A program made the translations under genes and the position numbers. Below are positions 33,825-41,999 of a DNA stretch of 41,999 bases, in pieces. How positions within the stretch are numbered: the first letter of the stretch is position 1; the number at the start of each line of letters is the position of its first letter. The notes under the pieces were generated by a model, which saw nothing but the letters and a program-made list of their open reading frames with translations, did no database searches and was not told the DNA's origin. This DNA is from Thermotogota bacterium (GTDB lineage Bacteria > Bipolaricaulota > Bipolaricaulia > UBA7950 > UBA9294): the NCBI GenBank assembly GCA_039679545.1, contig JBDKUT010000152.1, forward strand, positions 1-41,999. Direction: 5' to 3'.

Positions 33825-36386
33825 GTGAGAGCAGGGGTAGAGCTACGACCCAAGACGGAGGCGGAACAAGGCGCGGCGCCCGATGCATTCTGGGCTCACC
33901 CGGTGGACCGCGCCTTCGAGAAACTCGCCACAACTCCTGCCGGCCTGAACTCGCAGGAGGCGGAACTCCGGCTGGCAACTTCGGGGCCCAATCACCTCCA
34001 TGAGGCGAAGCGAGCGGGGTCGCTCGCTCTGCTGGCCGCGCAGTTCAAGAGCCCAATCACGCTTGTACTCGTCGGAGCCTCCATCCTCTCGTTCGGCCTC
34101 GGCGACATCACCAACGCTTCCATCATTCTCGGCATCGTCCTTGCGAGCGCGCTCCTCGGATTCTGGCAAGAGCGGGGCGCAACGCAGGCGGTTGCGAAGC
34201 TGCTCGACCTCGTCCGCGTTCGCGCGGCCGTCGTTCGCAACGGAAGCGAAGAGGACATCCCCGTCGAGGACGTCGTCCCCGGGGATGTCGTTCGACTCCA
34301 TGCGGGCGACGTGATCCCCGCGGACGGCCTGATCCTCGAGTCCAAGGACTTGTTCGTCGACGAAGCGAGTCTCACGGGGGAGACCTTCCCCGCAGAGAAG
34401 CAGAGCGGTGTCCTCCCGGCCGCGACACCACTCGCCGCCCGAACGAACGCCTTGTTTATGGGCACCCACGTGGTCAGCGGAACCGCGACCGCTGTCGTCG
34501 TCGCCACAGGCCTGGCCACCGAGTTCGGCCGAATCTCGCATCACTTGAGACTGCGACCGCCGGAAACGGACTTCGAGCGCGGCGTCCGCCGCCTCGGCCA
34601 CCTTCTCTTGGAGATCACGCTCTTTCTCGTCCTCGCCCTGTTCGCCGTCAACGTCACCTTCCACCGTCCTGTTCTCGACTCGCTCCTCTTCTCGCTCGCC
34701 CTCGCCGTCGGCCTCACGCCGCAACTCCTCCCCGCGATCATCAGCGTGAACCTGTCCCACGGCGCGCGTCGCATGGCCAGGCAACGCGTCATCGTGAAGC
34801 GGTTGGCCTCGATCGAGAACTTCGGCAGCATGGATGTCCTCTGCTCGGACAAGACGGGGACCCTCACCGAGGGACGAATGGAGCTCGAAGCGACGTTGGC
34901 CGCCGACGGCACCCCCAGCGAGCGGACCCTCCTCTACGCGACTCTCAACGCTCGCCTGCAAACGGGGTTCTCGAACCCTATCGATGCGGCGCTCGCGCAG
35001 GCCTGGGGAAATCGCCCGCTCGAGGCGGAGAAGCTCGACGAGATCCCCTACGACTTCGTGCGGAAGCGCTTGAGCATCCTGGCTACGCACGACGGTCACC
35101 ACGTGCTCGTCGCCAAGGGCGCCGTCGCCCCGCTTCTCGGAGCGTGTGCCACGGCCGAACTCGCCAACGGCACCACGATCCCGCTCGACAGCGTGCGGAA
35201 GGACATCGAGTCGAAGTACGCCGAGCTCTCCGGTCGCGGGCTGCGCGTCCTCGGCGTCGCCATCAAGGACGTCGGCTCCGCCACGCGCGTCAGAAAGGAC
35301 GACGAGTCAGACCTCTCGTTCCTCGGGTTCGTCGCGCTCTCGGATCCGCCCAAGCCGGGCGCGCGGGATCTGCTGGAGCGGCTCGCGTCCCTCGGCGTGT
35401 CACTCCGTATCGTGACCGGCGACAACCGATTCGTCGCCCTCCACACCGCCGCCGCCGTGGGCCTTGCAGACCCGCACGTCGTAACCGGCTCTGAGCTGCG
35501 CGAAACGGGCGACGAAGCGCTCGTTCGGCGCGTTGAGACCGCAAACGTGTTCGCCGAGGTTGAGCCGAACCAGAAGGAGCGTCTCATTCTGGCGCTGCGG
35601 AAGGCCGGTCACGTCGTCGGGTTCCTCGGCGACGGCATCAACGACGCGTCCGCTCTTCACGTTGCGGACGTCGGCATCTCCGTCGACGACGCGGTCGACG
35701 TGGCCAAGGAAGCGGCCGACATCGTCCTCCTGGAGAAGGATCTCGGCGTGCTTGCCGCCGGGATCCAGGAGGGACGCGCCACCTTCGCGAACACGCTCAA
35801 GTACGTCTTCATGGCCACGAGCGCGAACTTCGGGAACATGTTCAGCATGGCGGGCGCGTCGCTCTTCCTACCCTTCTTGCCTCTCCTGCCACGACAGATC
35901 CTGCTCATGAACCTTCTCACGGATCTGCCCGAGATGACGATCGCCTCAGACACGGTCGATCCTGAGTCCGTCGAGCGTCCGCGGCGGTGGGACATCCGGT
36001 TCATTCGCCGTTTCATGATGGTTTTCGGTCTTCTGAGCTCGGTGTTCGACTTCATGACGTTCGGCGTGCTCCTCCTGCTGTTCCGACTTTCGGAGAGCGC
36101 GTTCCGCACGGGATGGTTCCTCGAGTCCGTCGCGTCAGCGGCGCTGATCGTCCTGGTCATGCGTACCCGGAGGGCGGCCGTCAGGAGCCGACCGAGCGCC
36201 ACGCTGCTCACGGCGACGCTCGCCGTCGTCGCCGCCACGTTCGCCATACCGTGGACACCACTGGGGCGCCTGTTCGGCTTCCAGCCGCTTCCCCTCGCGT
36301 TCCTACCTCTCATCGGCGCGATCGTCATCCTCTATTTCGCCGCGGCTGAGCTCGCGAAGCGGCTCTTCTACCGCCACGCGGTGTAA
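33825..36386 (+). CDS. mgtA: Mg2+-translocating P-type ATPase (P3B)
   Basis: LTGE, AVGLTPQLLP, DKTGTLT, PYDFVRKR, KGA, DPPK, TGDN, GDGINDA, SANFGNMFS, NLLTD motifs. Start is 33816 or 33825. Confidence 0.93.
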   Translation: MRAGVELRPKTEAEQGAAPDAFWAHPVDRAFEKLATTPAGLNSQEAELRLATSGPNHLHEAKRAGSLALLAAQFKSPITLVLVGASILSFGLGDITNASIILGIVLASALLGFWQERGATQAVAKLLDLVRVRAAVVRNGSEEDIPVEDVVPGDVVRLHAGDVIPADGLILESKDLFVDEASLTGETFPAEKQSGVLPAATPLAARTNALFMGTHVVSGTATAVVVATGLATEFGRISHHLRLRPPETDFERGVRRLGHLLLEITLFLVLALFAVNVTFHRPVLDSLLFSLALAVGLTPQLLPAIISVNLSHGARRMARQRVIVKRLASIENFGSMDVLCSDKTGTLTEGRMELEATLAADGTPSERTLLYATLNARLQTGFSNPIDAALAQAWGNRPLEAEKLDEIPYDFVRKRLSILATHDGHHVLVAKGAVAPLLGACATAELANGTTIPLDSVRKDIESKYAELSGRGLRVLGVAIKDVGSATRVRKDDESDLSFLGFVALSDPPKPGARDLLERLASLGVSLRIVTGDNRFVALHTAAAVGLADPHVVTGSELRETGDEALVRRVETANVFAEVEPNQKERLILALRKAGHVVGFLGDGINDASALHVADVGISVDDAVDVAKEAADIVLLEKDLGVLAAGIQEGRATFANTLKYVFMATSANFGNMFSMAGASLFLPFLPLLPRQILLMNLLTDLPEMTIASDTVDPESVERPRRWDIRFIRRFMMVFGLLSSVFDFMTFGVLLLLFRLSESAFRTGWFLESVASAALIVLVMRTRRAAVRSRPSATLLTATLAVVAATFAIPWTPLGRLFGFQPLPLAFLPLIGAIVILYFAAAELAKRLFYRHAV

Positions 36387-36430
36387 GGAAGCCCGGCTTC
36401 TCGCCTTCGTGCACGGGAATCCGCGCCCAA

Positions 36431-37402
36431 CTACGCGGCACCGACGTCCAGGAACTTCACCCATGCGGTCGCGCTAACGCCGCTCTTGCCGAACAAGCCG
36501 GCGTAGAGCAGCTCGGCGGGAGGATTCGACTCTCCGCCGCCCCCGACCGTCGCCACGAGCGCGCCCATCTCTCTCGCACGCCGCATGCCCTCAGCAATGA
36601 CGGCCTTCGCCAACCCCCGGCGTTGGTGCTCAAGCATGGTGCCTACCGGCTCATAGTATGTGGCACGCGTGACGTCGTCGTACCAGACCGTGGCGAACGA
36701 GGCGATCTCACCGGACGGCGCCTCCGCCACGAGGTCGAGATCGCGACGGTACAGGGGCGCGCGCTCTGTGTTCTTGAGCCACTCCCAGCCCTCGTATTTG
36801 TCGTCGGGCTCGTCGGGGTGGAACGCTCGCCAGCTGGCCCAACTCCGCCTTGCGCGGTCCTCGTCGTCCGCGAGCATCGCGCGGATCCGGTATCCCTCCG
36901 CGAGCGGCGGCGTGGGGATCGGCAGTGACAAATCACGCTTGCGCTGCACTTCCTGCCAGTCTCCGCGGCGCACGTATCCCCGGCCTTCGAGCAGCTCTAC
37001 GCGCGGCACATCGCGGTCTTGAGCGGACACGCACAGGTACGGACGGCCGGACGTCTTTCCAACCCCGACCAGGTGCTCCTCCGCGAGCGAGACCATCTCA
37101 TCCTCAAGCGCGACGCTCCGGTAGCGCGGATCGACCTGCAGAAACGCGTGTCCCGCCCCCTCGCTGTTGAGGACGGCGGCCAGCTCGCCGTCCTGCGCCT
37201 CCCACAAGAAGACGTCTGTCTCGAGCTTCCCGTCGCCCAGGTTTGCGATCCCGTGCCAACGCCACCAATCGAGTCGTGCCACTTGCCACGAGTGTTCCGT
37301 CCGATCGTTTCGCAAGTAGACGTCGCGCAAGAAACCCCGGATCGCCCAATAGTCGGCTTCGTCCCGATATTGCCGCATCGTCAGCTTCGTCTGTGCCGTC
37401 AT
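36431..37402 (-). CDS. tandem-GNAT acetyltransferase
   Basis: EGYRIRAM...DLDLVAEAPSGEIASFATVW...YEPVGT...HQRRGLAKA; same architecture as 32686..33603. Confidence 0.88.
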   Translation of the reverse strand: MTAQTKLTMRQYRDEADYWAIRGFLRDVYLRNDRTEHSWQVARLDWWRWHGIANLGDGKLETDVFLWEAQDGELAAVLNSEGAGHAFLQVDPRYRSVALEDEMVSLAEEHLVGVGKTSGRPYLCVSAQDRDVPRVELLEGRGYVRRGDWQEVQRKRDLSLPIPTPPLAEGYRIRAMLADDEDRARRSWASWRAFHPDEPDDKYEGWEWLKNTERAPLYRRDLDLVAEAPSGEIASFATVWYDDVTRATYYEPVGTMLEHQRRGLAKAVIAEGMRRAREMGALVATVGGGGESNPPAELLYAGLFGKSGVSATAWVKFLDVGAA

Positions 37403-37854
37403 GTGTATCGTCCTTCGCTCTACGTAACCTACGACCTCCGGCGAGACGCCGGCGGAGTTGTATGGGATTGCCGTGGACAGAAGAGGTCGAGACGACTCTT
37501 GCGGAAGCGACCGCAATGTGCGGGCAAGCGAGGACTGCAAGACAACTCAAGCCGGACTGGTCATGACCTCTCGGTCCGTCGCATTACGCGGCCAGGTCCA
37601 CCTGAGTCTGTCTCCTTTCGCCGCCTGGTCAGGAGCGGCGGTCCCACGATGGGGTGCGTCGTGCGTCGATCGCCGGCGGCGTGGGAGTGGAGGGAGTATC
37701 GGACGCGTCGGGAGGAGAATCAAGCCCCGCCGTGCGCGCAGCGCGGAAGCACTGCCGTAACCAGGGCGGTACGCCCAAGCACGACAATCGTTCGGGCTTG
37801 CCGTGTGGGTGAGCCCAAACGATCGTCAACTCCATGGCAAGCGGGCCCTGCTCC

Positions 37855-38385
37855 CTACCCTTCGGCGGCCCACCCGGAGAGAACTCGGACAACACGGTTC
37901 GCGAACCCGATGTACGGGTTTTCCGGCGTCGGCATGCAGGTGAGGAAGCCCGCCAATGCGTCGTCCGGCGTCGGCGGAGTCCCCTCACCCGAGCACGGGC
38001 TGCCCCAGCAGTGCGACCTCCACATCCAGTATTCGATGGCCCCGCCTCCCCATCGGATGGCGTCCGACAAGCTCAGGTGCATTGCTTGGATTTGCGTTAG
38101 CTGCTCCGACGTCAGGATCGCCCGAATCGCAGCAGCGGTTGCCGACGCCCCTCGCGTGATCCCCCACGACTGATCGAGCTGCGCCCGCCACGCTTGCACG
38201 AGCGGCAGGAGCTGTCGGGCCTGTGCGGCCGATGCCGCAAAGTCCGATCCGTTGAGCTTCACGACCCCAAGCAAGAGGATGGAGACATCGTCCGTGCCCT
38301 GACTTGCTGCAACTCCGAACCCAGCCAAGAGTGCCAAGGACCACCCCAGCACCGTGACCTTGATCCCACTCCTCGATCTGTTCAC
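37855..38385 (-). CDS. exported hypothetical protein
   Basis: AAGGAG RBS then GTG, signal peptide, helical body (QARQLLPLVQ...AILTSEQL..I). Confidence 0.6.
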   Translation of the reverse strand: MNRSRSGIKVTVLGWSLALLAGFGVAASQGTDDVSILLLGVVKLNGSDFAASAAQARQLLPLVQAWRAQLDQSWGITRGASATAAAIRAILTSEQLTQIQAMHLSLSDAIRWGGGAIEYWMWRSHCWGSPCSGEGTPPTPDDALAGFLTCMPTPENPYIGFANRVVRVLSGWAAEG

Positions 38386-38610
38386 ATCGCTCTCCTTCGC
38401 GTGTCTCGCCCACTCCTCCCCATGATGGTCGGCCTGTCAACCGGGCGCCAGATCCACAGTAGGACGGTGAGCCCGCCGGCCTCACCGTCTTCCACCCCAC
38501 CGCCATGGTATCCCGCGCGCCTGGTCTGTAGGATACTCTCTTGTGAGCGGTCGAGCGTCGCTCGGCCCTGGATGGATCTGATGACGATGACACCTCGAGA
38601 AGGTGGAGGG

Positions 38611-39354
38611 ATGATGACGAAGCAAGTAGTGAAGTGGCTCCTTCTCTGGGTCGGAGCGGCTGCTCTCGGGCTTGGCCTTGCGGGATGTTGGCCGTGGCCC
38701 GCCGCGGACACATTCACGATCGAAGTCACTCCCGGCGAGATCGCCGATCTGGCGCAGAACGCTGATGGGATCTTCCTCCTGACGATCGAGGAGACGGGAT
38801 CGCGAGGATCGACAGGTCCCTTCACGCTGACCATCGACTCTTCCGACGGCATGATCCTGGTGCCCAGCGAGGTCGAGAGCGGGAAGGTCGCCGAGATTTG
38901 GCTCAACGTCCTCGGTGTCGACGTGGGCACCACGGTGACCCTGACCTTCTCGGTAGAGCGAGACGAGGAGGTCCACACGGCCACCGTGACCGCACTGGTC
39001 ACCGACCCCGTCGAGCCCCCCGACGACCGGCTCGAGACCGGCACGGCCATGCGCGACCTCTTCGTCCCCTGGCTCGCCAGCGAGCACCCGGAGCTCGGCA
39101 TTGATGAGGATACGGAGTGGATATCCAACCCGCTCCGCCCGCACATCCTCGAGGTCTCCTACTACATGTTCCTCTCCGACGAGTGGGAGCTCGTCGTCTG
39201 GTGGCACGTGATGATCCCGCCGTACGACTGGGCGCGCATGTACCTGCGTCACGTCGGCACGGAGAGCGTGCCCTCGTTCGGGGCGGAGATCAGTTCGGTT
39301 TCGGCAGGCGATGCCCCTCACACCATGGCGCCTCCTGAGGAGATCTGGAGATAG
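38611..39354 (+). CDS. hypothetical lipoprotein (Ig-like N-part, aromatic C-domain)
   Basis: GGAGG RBS; lipobox LAGC; beta-rich N-half; WHVMIPPYDW C-half. Confidence 0.75.
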   Translation: MMTKQVVKWLLLWVGAAALGLGLAGCWPWPAADTFTIEVTPGEIADLAQNADGIFLLTIEETGSRGSTGPFTLTIDSSDGMILVPSEVESGKVAEIWLNVLGVDVGTTVTLTFSVERDEEVHTATVTALVTDPVEPPDDRLETGTAMRDLFVPWLASEHPELGIDEDTEWISNPLRPHILEVSYYMFLSDEWELVVWWHVMIPPYDWARMYLRHVGTESVPSFGAEISSVSAGDAPHTMAPPEEIWR

Positions 39355-39453
39355 GGCGCCCGGCACAGGTCCCCTCGGCGGCCCGACTCCGGGCCTCTGC
39401 CCAAGTCGGATAGAATACCGGCCGTTTCCGTACGGAAGCCGTAAGGAGCGAGG

Positions 39454-39921
39454 TTGGCAAATCTCAAGCATGTGACGTACTGCGGCCTGTACTGCGGTCT
39501 CTGCCTCAACGGGGGGCGCATTCCCCGCCGAGCGAGCGAGCTGCGAGACCTCCTGGAGAAGGTCAAGATTGAGCAATGGGGACCCGACTTGCCAGGCTAC
39601 GACGGGTTTCGAACCTTTCTCGACGCCCTCGCCGGATTCGAGCCCCACGCAAGCTGTCGAGAACGATCCTGCGGACTCGAGGACTGCGCTATCCGAACCT
39701 GCGCCGAGCAGAGATCCGTCACGGTCTGCCCCTTCTGCGCCGAGTACCCATGCGAGAAGATACGGGCCCTCGCGAAGCGCTACCCACCCCTCCTTGGTGA
39801 CGGTGAGCGCCTACGCGAGGTCGGCGTCGACGCGTGGATCGAGGAGCAAGAAGCGCGGAAGGCGCGAGGCTTTGCGTACGCCGACATCCGCTACGACCCG
39901 GTCGAGCCTCCCGCCGCCTAG
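39454..39921 (+). CDS. DUF3795-like Cys-rich protein
   Basis: YCGLYCGLC...SCR..SC...CAIRTCA......CPFCAEYPCE; AAGGAG RBS then TTG. Confidence 0.82.
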   Translation: MANLKHVTYCGLYCGLCLNGGRIPRRASELRDLLEKVKIEQWGPDLPGYDGFRTFLDALAGFEPHASCRERSCGLEDCAIRTCAEQRSVTVCPFCAEYPCEKIRALAKRYPPLLGDGERLREVGVDAWIEEQEARKARGFAYADIRYDPVEPPAA

Positions 39922-39932
39922 ACACCCGAGCC

Positions 39933-39965
39933 CCTTGACCCTGACGTAAGGTCAAGGTGTAGTCT
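39933..39965 (+). promoter_or_regulatory. MerR-type promoter/operator
   Basis: TTGACC (39935-39940), 19-nt spacer, TAGTCT (39960-39965), with the dyad CCTTGACC...GGTCAAGG. Confidence 0.8.
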
Positions 39966-39984
39966 CCCGCCGGAGGCTCAACAG

Positions 39985-40591
39985 ATGGACGCATACACGG
40001 TTCGGCAGCCGGCGGAACTCGTAGGGGGCACGGTCAGGACGCTACACCACTACGACCGGATCGAACTCCTCAGACCGAGAATTCGATCGACCGCTGGGTA
40101 TCACCTATACGAGAAGGCGAAACTCCTCCGGCTACAGCAGGTCCTGTTCTATCGAAAGCTCGGCGTTCCCCTGTCGGAGATCCGCTCTGCCTTCGACGCG
40201 TCCGATTTCGATCCTATGGCCGCGCTCCGCCAACACCGGCCCACCTCGGGGAGAAGCTCCGCAAGACCCGCCGTGTACTTGAGGCGGTGACAAGACAATC
40301 GCCCAGAATGAGGGAGGCACCGTGCTGACGGGCGAGGAGTCGTACCGGGAATTCCGTCGCAACGAGATCGCCCGAACGCGGGCGGAGGCGCGAAGCCACG
40401 ATGGGGAGGCCGAGGTTGAGGAGAGCGAGCGCCGCGTGCGCGCGATGCCGAAAGACGAATGGGCTGCCGTCGGACGCGAGGGCGAGGCCGTCAACACCGA
40501 CCTCGCCGCATTGATGGGGCACGACCCGACCGACTCCGCCGTCGGGGATACACCGAACACCCCGAGTTCTAGCAATCGAAGGTGCGGCTAG
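39985..40591 (+). pseudogene. MerR/TipA-family regulator, frameshifted and truncated
   Basis: HTH TVRTLHHYDRI.LL.P...GYHLY...LQQVLFYR.LG..L.EI. Frame breaks after about 40240. TipAS-like segment EEsERRVRAMPKDEW..V..EGE...LA..MG.DP.D.AV ends early. Confidence 0.82.
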
Positions 40592-40943
40592 GCCTGTCCC
40601 ACCATTGCCTTTCGCCTGGGCTGGCACCGATGGCCGAAATGCCCAGCGCGAGCCTCTGGAGGAGTTCCTGGATCGGCGCCCGCTTGTGCTGTCCTGGGCT
40701 ACACGCCCGGCTCCCTTCCCTCTTCCCTGGGGCTCGTGTGGTGACGATGTCGATCCGACGCGCGCGCAAGCGGCGGCAATCCAGGCACAGCGAATGCACG
40801 GAAGACGCCTCCTCCGCTCGGGCTCGGCAATTATGAGAAGCCGAGGAACTCCTCGGCTCTGTCAATGCACAGGGCACGGAGAAGACCACACCAACGGCCA
40901 GCCAAGAACGCCCCCCGTTCTCGGGCCGTACGAAGCGCCGCCG

Positions 40944-41363
40944 CTACTCCGAAAGAAGCCGCAGGTTGACCGTTTCCGTGCCTCGCAGCCAGATCCGGTT
41001 CCCAACCTCCATGAGCTTGTCGAGGTCGTCGGTCACGCGAGCGATCTTGTTGAAGAACCTCTGCCCGGGGTACTGCAGAAGCTCCGGACCATAGAAGATG
41101 ATGAGGGCGCGCCAGTCAGGAGCCGGGTTGAAGGCCACATCCCCGGCAAAGCGCTCGACGGCATTCTCCTTCGGGGCGTCCATCCCGGGGATGTGCGTGT
41201 AGAATTCCTGCCCGCCGAACCTCGCGTGGCGAACCTCCAGCCCCTGGAGCGGCAGCTGCTTCAGGAACGCCTTGCACGAGGCGGGAGCGTCCTCCTCCAG
41301 AAGCGTCATGATGAACTTGCCGCCGCGTTCGAACGTGATTTCCACTCTCTTCGGTCGACTCAT
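40944..41363 (-). CDS. cyclophilin-like (DUF3830-type) protein
   Basis: LLEEDAPASCKAF...LP....HARFGGQE...EN......GDVAF...IFYG; AGGAGG RBS. Confidence 0.75.
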   Translation of the reverse strand: MSRPKRVEITFERGGKFIMTLLEEDAPASCKAFLKQLPLQGLEVRHARFGGQEFYTHIPGMDAPKENAVERFAGDVAFNPAPDWRALIIFYGPELLQYPGQRFFNKIARVTDDLDKLMEVGNRIWLRGTETVNLRLLSE

Positions 41364-41455
41364 TGTCGCATCTCCTCCTGGAAAGTTAGGCGAAACTGGA
41401 TTGCCCTCGGCTCATGGCTACCTTGTCCCTCCCGAGGGAGGAGTTATCCAGCCTT

Positions 41456-41493
41456 CTGGTATACCAGTATACCGGCCCTCTCAACCCAGTCAA
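41456..41493 (-). promoter_or_regulatory. promoter with a GntR-like palindromic operator
   Basis: Minus strand TTGACT, 16 nt, TATACT. Perfect palindrome CTGGTATACCAG (41456-41467) plus a second GTATACC copy over the -10. Confidence 0.6.
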
Positions 41494-41690
41494 TCCACTT
41501 GTCAAGATCTCCTCCAACCGCCATTTGAACGGGTTTTCCCCGCTCTTTGGGCCCTTCCCGATTGTTGGTCCGCCCAACTTGACCTCAATCGAGGACTGGC
41601 GGCCCAACAACGCGAATTGTCCTACGGACTACACAGGTGTGAGGTGCGTACTCAAAGCGGTGCGACATCGCCGGATCCTCACCGCGCAGC

Positions 41691-41999
41691 TCAGGGGCGG
41701 CCGCCGTCGGCCGTCCACGGACCGGAGCGCAGATTCGCCACGAAGTCATCGGAGGCGACGTCGTCCAGGGTTGCAGCAAGGAGGGCTGCGCCTAGCTCAG
41801 CGGGAAGGATCGGGGTTCGCCACTCGCCTCCAGGCGCCACCTTCTGCACTGCAGCCTCGAGGGGCCGTTTGAGCGGCGCTGCGTGGGGTGATTGGAAGAG
41901 ACCGCCCAGCGCGACAAGCGGAAAGGCTCCGTGGGAGAATCCGAGCCTTCGGATGACTGTGCGCGCCGCGTCTCCCAACCGCGTCCCGGCCTGATTCAC
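41691..41999 (-). CDS. BadF/BadG/BcrA/BcrD (N-acetylglucosamine kinase-like) protein, C-terminal part; truncated by the window edge
   Basis: AG..L......VIRRL.....FPLVALGGLF.....P.LPAELGAALLA is a typical sugar-kinase C-terminus. Confidence 0.7.
   Translation of the reverse strand: MNQAGTRLGDAARTVIRRLGFSHGAFPLVALGGLFQSPHAAPLKRPLEAAVQKVAPGGEWRTPILPAELGAALLAATLDDVASDDFVANLRSGPWTADGGRP

Overview
A GC-rich bacterial accessory region of about 42 kb with roughly 43 genes in both orientations. The large Cys/aromatic-rich exported protein at 16.9-18.3 kb resembles proteins I associate with Ca. Bipolaricaulota, but that lineage call is inference only. Contents, in order: (1) an ArsR-led arsenic/redox operon (ArsP-type permease, small thioredoxin, AhpD/CMD protein, ArsF-like, ArsG-like); (2) a PD40 propeller protein; (3) a double-Cache lipoprotein followed by an atypical NCS2 transporter, both apparently frameshifted; (4) many detoxification-type enzymes (three beta-lactamase-family serine hydrolases, an MBL-fold hydrolase, a C45 Ntn-hydrolase, four GNATs, a sugar O-acetyltransferase, methyltransferases); (5) a catalytic-domain-only tyrosine recombinase next to a putative outer-membrane beta-barrel gene; (6) aqpZ, mscS and mgtA; (7) a WYL regulator divergent from a GNAT/GyrI/C45 operon; (8) a decayed TipA/MerR gene; and several gene remnants. 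The best candidates for undescribed systems are a papain-like Cys/His enzyme followed by a stand-alone copy of its own N-terminal domain (24.0-25.3 kb), and the Cache-lipoprotein/NCS2 pair with a charge-reversed binding site (6.0-8.4 kb). No rRNA, tRNA, CRISPR array, IS or integron was seen. All calls come from motif recognition by eye; no searches were run.
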